Source of the DNA: Octopus vulgaris
Lineage: Eukaryota
Direction: 5' to 3'
Length of the DNA: 64,000 bases
NCBI GenBank assembly: GCA_951406725.2
Contig: OX597819.1
Coordinates: 31,744,001-31,808,000 of the forward strand
In this document: positions 56,272-64,000 of the stretch, in pieces
Numbering within the stretch: position 1 is the first letter of the stretch
How the letters are laid out: every line of letters starts with the position of its first letter
The notes under the pieces: model-generated
What the model was told of the DNA's origin: nothing
What the model saw: the letters and a program-made list of their open reading frames with translations, nothing else
Databases searched by the model: none
Position numbers and translations under genes: made by a program

Positions 56272-56947
56272 GCAATGTGTGCGTGCGCGTGTATATAAAG
56301 AGGAGGGGGGTGTCCGTCTCAGAAAAGTATGTATAAACATATATACTGAGTGAAAACAAATCAGTGTGGTGTTGTTGTAGTTGTTGCTGGTTGTGTTGTT
56401 TGTTGTTGTTTGTTGTATTGGCGGTGGCAACGATGGGGGTTTTTTTTTTTTGTTGTGTGTTTTTATTACTGCTTTTTTTTGTTTTTGTATGCATTTATTT
56501 TCAAAGGTGGTTGTAGCGGTGGAAATGACAGAGATGGCGGTGACGTAGATGGTGACGTAGATGGCGGTGGTAGTGACGGTAGTGGTGATAACGGTGGTGG
56601 TGGTGGTGGTACCGAGGAAGGTGGCAGTTGCCCTAATGGTAGTGATGGTGACGGAGATGGTGGTGGTGGTGGTGGTGGAGATGGTGCAGCGGTCGGTCGA
56701 GGTCGAGGTGTTTGTTGTAGAACCGATTGTCCAGCAAAAAGCCGAACAACTTGAAAGTTTGTAATGTCACTGACCAACACTCACTGAACACGGGTATATA
56801 TTTATGTAATGTGTACATACATACATACATATATATATAGTGGTGTACTGTTGGGTGTGATACAGTGACCCAACAGAGGTGAGTGTCTGCCTGTCCAGTA
56901 TTTGTGGATATAGAAGCGGTAAGAACAGATTACTGTACAGATGCATA

Positions 56948-56982
<35 letters not shown>

Positions 56983-57804
56983 TTGTTTATTAAACATACA
57001 CACGAATGTATACGCATGCGTTGGGTGTTGTATGTGTGTGTAAGTGTTATTTGGCAATGAAAACGGGACCAAACAAGAGATACTAAGATTAAAAATATGT
57101 ATTTAAATGCATTGTAGAACAAATATTTAAATGTACTCCTTCCTAGCCATCGCTTTCTCTCTGTACATACATACATATATATATATACATACATACCCCA
57201 CTCAATACATTGTTATCTCTCTGACTATTCCGCTATCTCTGTACATACGTACGTACATATATATATATACATACATACATATAGAATATATTGTTGTCGC
57301 CTTAATTATTGCATCGAGAGCAAAGAAAAGTAAGAGTAGTGACAATTAAAGAAAGAGTGACGTTAAAATTGCACACGCACACACATAATTGCATATATGG
57401 TATATGCATATACTGTCATTCATACGTATACAATTTACACACACACACACGTATATATATATAATACGTGCATGTTACACATAATATATATATATACAAT
57501 GTGGAGGACGGTAACAATACAAGGACAATCACGGCGACATCACCAACAACAGGGGACAACAAACAAGAACTGTACACAATTGTAACAAGAACAATAAAAA
57601 TAATAATCATTATCATCAACACTATTAATTACTGCTATACGATGTTGTTAGATGAATAGAGCGGACCTAATATCTTACCCTACCAACCTACCTACCTACC
57701 TACAAAGGAAAGAAGGACGAAAAGGAATGAATGGATAACAAAAATGTAATAATGATAATAATAATAATAATAATAATAAAGACATGACAAGGAAAGCAAC
57801 TTAC

Positions 57805-58350
57805 CACTGAGTTCGGCTGGTAATTTGGCCCCCAGAAACTAAACGTAGTAGTGCTAGGTGTGTTGTTGAATAGAAGAAACAGATAGACGTAGACAAACGA
57901 TAGTGTTTGGTACTCCGGGACTCCGTAAACTGGTGCTGAGTGAGGTAGAAGAAGAAGAAGAACAACAGAAGAGAAGAAACAGAAGTCACACGAATCATAC
58001 CAGCATTAGATTTTGTGTGGGTTTTCACTGAACAACAACAGAAGCAGGCTGAGAGGGTGAGTAAGAGAAAGAGAGAGAAAACAGAAATATAGATACATAT
58101 ATATGTATATACATATATATATATAGATATAAGGTGAAGGAAGGATGATATGAAGTGGGAGAAAGTGAGTGTGAAAACGAGTGAGTTAGTGAGTGAGTGA
58201 GTGAGTGAGGGAAGGAGTAAAGTAGTGGTCGGAGAGAGAGAGAGAGAGCATTGAAGGAGCAGCAGGGGAGGAGAAATAGAAGGAGGAGGAGGAGGACAGA
58301 TTTCAGTGTAGGAGGTGAAAAGAGAGAGAGAGACGAATAACAGACACTGA
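57805..58350 (-). other. Candidate non-coding first exon
   Basis: Minus-strand consensus donor GTG|GTAAGT at 57805/57804, Inr-like TCAGTG at 58345-58350, and TE-free pyrimidine-rich UTR-like sequence between them. No transcript evidence. Confidence 0.3.
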
Positions 58351-58478
58351 GTGCGACGAAGGCAGTGAATGAAGGTAGGGGTGTGTGTGTCTGTGTGTGT
58401 GTGTATGTGTGTGTGTGTATGTGTGTGTTTGTGTGTGTGTGTGTGTGTCTAATATATAAAAATATGTATAACTATCTA

Positions 58479-58519
<41 letters not shown>

Positions 58520-58637
58520 ATGTATATATATATATATATATATATACATTTTTAAATACATATAGATATATATTTATATATATTAGGCTCATGTACACAC
58601 ACGTACACATGCTCACTCACACACGCACACACACACC

Positions 58638-58673
<36 letters not shown>

Positions 58674-58725
58674 GTACTTTCTTTTATCCACTACATCTGT
58701 CTTTCGTGTATATATATATATATAC

Positions 58726-58771
<46 letters not shown>

Positions 58772-58951
58772 CTATGTCTCAACCACATGCACATACACAC
58801 GCACTGATACACATACACACACTCATATATATATATATATATATATGTATACATGTTTGGAATGTTATCCATTCGTTCCTTCTGTCTTCCGCAAAATTTG
58901 CCTGATCATCTCTGTCAAATCTATTTTCCTCACTTTCTCTCTCATTCCGTA

Positions 58952-59005
<54 letters not shown>

Positions 59006-59034
59006 CATCTCTGAATATGTATTTTGTATGTATG

Positions 59035-59148
<114 letters not shown>

Positions 59149-59193
59149 CTATATATATATATATATATATATATATAGCTGTTTGTCTGTCTG

Positions 59194-59338
<145 letters not shown>

Positions 59339-59589
59339 TTCTATTTTCGTCTCACTATGTCTCTCTCTCTCTCTCTCTCTTTCTCTGTGTCTCATTGCTC
59401 TTTCTCTCGTCCTTTCGTATTCTCTCTCTCTCCCCCTCTCTCTCTTTCTCTGTCACACTCTCTGTCTGTGTCGTCCCTCCCTCCCTCTCCTCCTCGTCTT
59501 CGTCCTCTCCGTCTCTTATAAATCCTTTTCTCTTAAAATGTTTCCTTTATCGTTCACTGTAACTGTTTATCTTTTGCGTGTGGCTGCAA

Positions 59590-59627
<38 letters not shown>

Positions 59628-59880
59628 GCACGCACACGCACGCACGCACGCACACGCACACACACACACAGAGGCGCGTGCGCTTACATACAGACATGCT
59701 TACACACACACACACACGCTTGCATACAAACGCATAGATACACACAGGCACACACACACAAACATATACACCTACCTTTCTCTCAATGTATACCTATATA
59801 TATATTCTGCTTAAATGCACGTGTATGTGTATGTGTGTGCGTGCGTGTGTGTATGTGTACGTATGTCCTCTGTCACTGCT

Positions 59881-59915
<35 letters not shown>

Positions 59916-59917
59916 AC

Positions 59918-59960
<43 letters not shown>

Positions 59961-60305
59961 TACATACATGCATATATATACATAGACACTTACATATATA
60001 TATACACAGCAAACTCAAGTAGCGGGGAAACCTCTCAACGTGGTCGTGCGACTTGCTAGAAACGGAAGCTATATATTCCTTAAATCACACCCTGCAGTCT
60101 TAATGGACAGAACAAAAACAACAAAAAAAACAGATTGGAAAATATCGGGGTGGGGATGGGGCGGCGAAGTCAAGATGCTTATAAAATGCCTTTGACCATA
60201 AGATTTAGCAGCAGCAGCAATAATCAACGCCTTACTCGGGGTTGTACAACAACAACAACAACAACAGCAGCAGCATCAGCAGCAACAGCGATGACAGCAA
60301 CATTA

Positions 60306-60698
60306 GTTGGAAGCACTCCGTCGGTTACGACGACGAGGGTTCCAGTTGATCCAAATCAACAACGGAACAGCCTGCTCGTGAAATTAACGTGTAAGTGGCT
60401 GAGCACTCCACAGACACGTGACCCTTAACGTAGTTCTCAGGGATATTCAGCGTGACACAGAGAGTGACAAGGCCGGCCCTTTGAAATACAGGTACAACAG
60501 AAACAGGAAGTAAGAGTGAGAGAAAGTTGTGGTGAAAGATTACAGCAGGGATCACCACCATCCCCTGTCGGAGCCTCGTGGAGCTTTTTAGGTGTTTTCC
60601 CTCAATAAACACTCACAACGCCCGGTCTGGGAATCGAAACCGCGATCCTACGACTGCGAGTCCGCTGCCCTAATCACTGGGCCATTGCGCCTCCACTA
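60306..60698 (-). mobile_element. SINE family C, full length
   Basis: 12-bp TSD ACAGCAACATTA at 60294-60305 and 60699-60710. Confidence 0.92.
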
Positions 60699-60850
60699 AC
60701 AGCAACATTAACACGTACAGTGAAAGTAGAATTAAGAAGTTAGCTCTCCTGAAGGAATCGAACCCGTGTCCTAGTTGTTTACATTTGTGTGTCGGAGATC
60801 TATTTCAGTTAATACTCTTGTAAAAAGCATGACTGTCCACAGCAAAGCTT

Positions 60851-61635
60851 ACCTATTTCTTTACTACCCACAAGGGGCTAAACACAGAGGGGACAAACAA
60901 GGACAGACATAGGTATTAAGTCGATTACATCGACCCCAGTGCGTAATTGGTACTTATTTAATCGACCCCGAATGGATGAAAGGCAAAGTCGACCTCGGCG
61001 GAATTTGAACTCACAACGTAACGCAAACGAAATACCTATTTCTTTATTACCCACAAGGAGCTAAACACAGAGGGGACAAACAAGGACAGACATAGGTATT
61101 AAGTCGATTACATCGACCCCCAGTGCGTAACTGGTACTTAATTTATCGACCCCGAAAGGATGAAAGGCAAAGTCGACCTCGGCGGAATTTGAACTCACAA
61201 CGTAACGCAGACGAAATACCTATTTCTTTACTACCCACAAGGGGCTAAACATAGAGGGGACAAACAAGGACAGACATAGGTATTAAGTCGATTACATCGA
61301 CTCCCAGTGCGTAACTGGTACTTAATTTATCGACCCCGAAAAGATGAAAGGCAAAGTTGACCTCGGCGGAATTTGAACTCACAACGTAACGCAGACGAAA
61401 TACCTATTTCTTTACTACCCACAAGGGGCTAAACATAGAGGGGACAAACAAGGACAGACATAGGTATTAAATCGATTACATCGACCCCCAGTGCGTAACT
61501 GGTACTTAATTTATCGACCCCGAAAGGATGAAAGGCAAAGTCGACCTCGGCGGAATTTGAACTCACAACGTAACGCAGACGAAATACCGCTAAGCATTTC
61601 GCCCGGCGTGCTAACGTTTCTGCCAGCTCGCCGCC
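60851..61635 (-). mobile_element. Tandem family A SINE multimer: one 50-bp head plus four 183-184 bp units
   Basis: Units start at 60851, 61034, 61218 and 61402; head at 61586-61635. Single TSD AGCAA(A/T)GCTTACCTAT at 60841-60856 and 61638-61653. Confidence 0.93.
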
Positions 61636-61896
61636 TAAGCAATGCTTACCTATCACCCAACACCATTGAACTTCACTTTTAATCGATTTCTCTGTTCGAA
61701 GAAAAATAGTAATTAAACAGAATGCCCCCCCACCTAATTACATTGTTATTGTTATTTAATAATAATCTCAAGTCGACTCTGATGTAGTAGAGCTAATATG
61801 ACTATCCCATCTATTATTCCATGACTATCCCATGACTATCCCATCTATTATTCGGGCATTTGATATCTCGAATTACATTAACCAATGTGTCTTAAC

Positions 61897-62314
61897 GGAT
61901 CTTTTCGGCTTGAACGGCAGTTTTTTCTAACGGTGTCATATGAAATTGTCACCCATAATTATGACCCTAGTATCGATCTATTGCATTTCAATCTGTTCTA
62001 GGGTTAGGGGTGGGGGGAAGGGTGTCTTTTTTTCTAAACAAATGTAAATAAACCCAATCTGTTTCTTAAACGAGGGACATATTCATACGGCACAGAATGT
62101 TTTTGTTTTTTTACCTCAATAGACGTCAGTGATTGGTTGAAATTGCAGAAATTGAAGAAAAAAAACAACAAATATCTTACAAACTGTAGAATTTTCTCAA
62201 TAAAGTCAAGAGAAAAAGATGTTTTATAAACACATTCTACCAGTATACGAAGTTTAAAATTTTTTAGTTACCTAGAAATTATGTTAAAAACTGCCGTTCA
62301 AACCGAAAAGATCC
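61897..62314 (+). mobile_element. MITE family E with 8-bp TSD
   Basis: TIRs present, exact TSD GTCTTAAC on both sides. Confidence 0.95.
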
Positions 62315-62902
62315 GTCTTAACTTCACTCTTAAGACAGTAAAATGTTGTTTAATCATCTAATTGTCACCAAGAGAGGTCGACTTCGCTTTCCGTCCTTTC
62401 GGGATCGATGAAATAGGTGACACTTGAACACTGGGGTCGATGTAATCGATTAGTCCACCCACCACTCCCTTGAAAATTTCAGGTCATGCCCGTCGCTAAC
62501 GGAGTGCACGGGGTGGCACTGAGCCCTCACTTTAGCGTTATTACAAATTAGTGCTCCCCATCACCGAATATTCTGAAGCACCTCCGGGTACCAAAGAATA
62601 AAGATACACATACACACACACACAGCCCTCTTTTAGTTAACTTTTATGACAGAAAGGATACTTTTGATCTATTCCTTAGCATGCTGATCGCCATACAGCA
62701 ATGGAAAGGAAATAATGATGACAGTGTACCTAGGACTACATTATCTAATGTGCTCTAGTTGTTATTGCATTGTCAACTTTGACCTATGATTAAAAAGTAT
62801 TCCAGGCATGACCATCCTGACTTTCATTCAGATATAATGTATCTAGGACTACATTTTTCAATGTGTCCTTCCTTTCATTGTTATTTTTACTCCATATATA
62901 TG

Positions 62903-62995
<93 letters not shown>

Positions 62996-63101
62996 ACTAT
63001 TGAAAAGGTTGCAAGACGCAACGAAAATTTTAGGAAGTGGAAATTTTACCGGTGAGTGTGTTAACTAATAAGGCACTGAAAGAGAATGACTCTTCCCAGA
63101 C

Positions 63102-63241
<140 letters not shown>

Positions 63242-63256
63242 ATATATATGTATATA

Positions 63257-63320
<64 letters not shown>

Positions 63321-63693
63321 TATAGATATATAATATAAATTGGACATGGCCGATCGTTGTATTCTTTCTTGCCTTGAGGTTCACAGCCAAACGGCTGGGT
63401 GGATTCGCGTGAAAAATGATACATATGTGCAGACGGGTGCATAGCTTGGAATGCCGTTTGTATTTTTTCCCTAGCCCCCATAGTTACCGAGAAAATCGAT
63501 TAAAACTTTTTCTAATGGAATTTCCTTGTTTGTTCCGCCATTAAAACAACCAGTTGCTCACACGGCCGACATATACCATTTCGCTAGCAACAAGGAGAGT
63601 ACAGGATGACAGTCAGCCAAAACTTTCCCTATCCTGTCTCTCTCTTCTTCTCTCTCACATACACATGCGCAAGCACGCACGCACACACATTTA

Positions 63694-63725
<32 letters not shown>

Positions 63726-64000
63726 TCCATTTCATATATCTTCTTTCAATTTCTGCTCTCTGCAAATAAAAGTTTACGGATACAACTGCTTACAAAATAG
63801 GGATTAATGTATAATTTCTTTCTATGTTCATAATTAAATCAATGTTTTAATGATTAGGCAGAGGTTCAATAGAATAGCTCTCAAACAGACTACATACAAA
63901 TTCCCTCTTCACAACTCCTGAAGCTGTTTTCTAACAAGGGCGGGGGGGAGGCTCCAATCAAAACAGGGGACCCGAAATGATAAGGTTGAGAAATGGTGTT

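Noticed and set aside
56350-56754. Gly/Asp-rich (plus) or Pro-rich (minus) ORF
   Set aside because: Produced by degenerate (GGT)n repeats; no domain or splice support.
60740-60775. tRNA T-arm-like GGGTTCGATTCC on minus
   Set aside because: No D-arm or acceptor partner found; probably a decayed SINE head.

Overview
AT-rich, repeat-dense eukaryotic non-coding DNA (intronic or intergenic). The SINE and microsatellite content resembles what I know of octopus (coleoid cephalopod) genomes; that assignment is an inference. I see no intact protein-coding gene. Nearly all listed ORFs are translations of microsatellites or SINEs. The only real coding remnants are an internally deleted mariner transposase (24443-24753) and an L1/Tx1-type reverse transcriptase fragment (38735-39189, minus). 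The window holds at least five tRNA-derived SINE families (my labels A, B, C, D, I), six copies of a TTAGGG-bearing MITE with GGATC termini, hAT/Charlie MITEs, two non-autonomous Helitrons and very long microsatellites. The most notable signals are four. (1) Type I hammerhead ribozyme motifs lie in short microsatellite-embedded inserts, with the architecture of Penelope-like or retrozyme elements (30154-30262 plus; 39291-39339 minus; a variant at 31686-31723). (2) A head-plus-four-unit tandem SINE multimer sits under a single target-site duplication (TSD) at 60851-61635. (3) Inverted copies of nearby genomic DNA occur at the 5' junctions of two truncated SINEs. (4) The SINE families share modules. 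All calls are by eye; no searches or folding programs were run.
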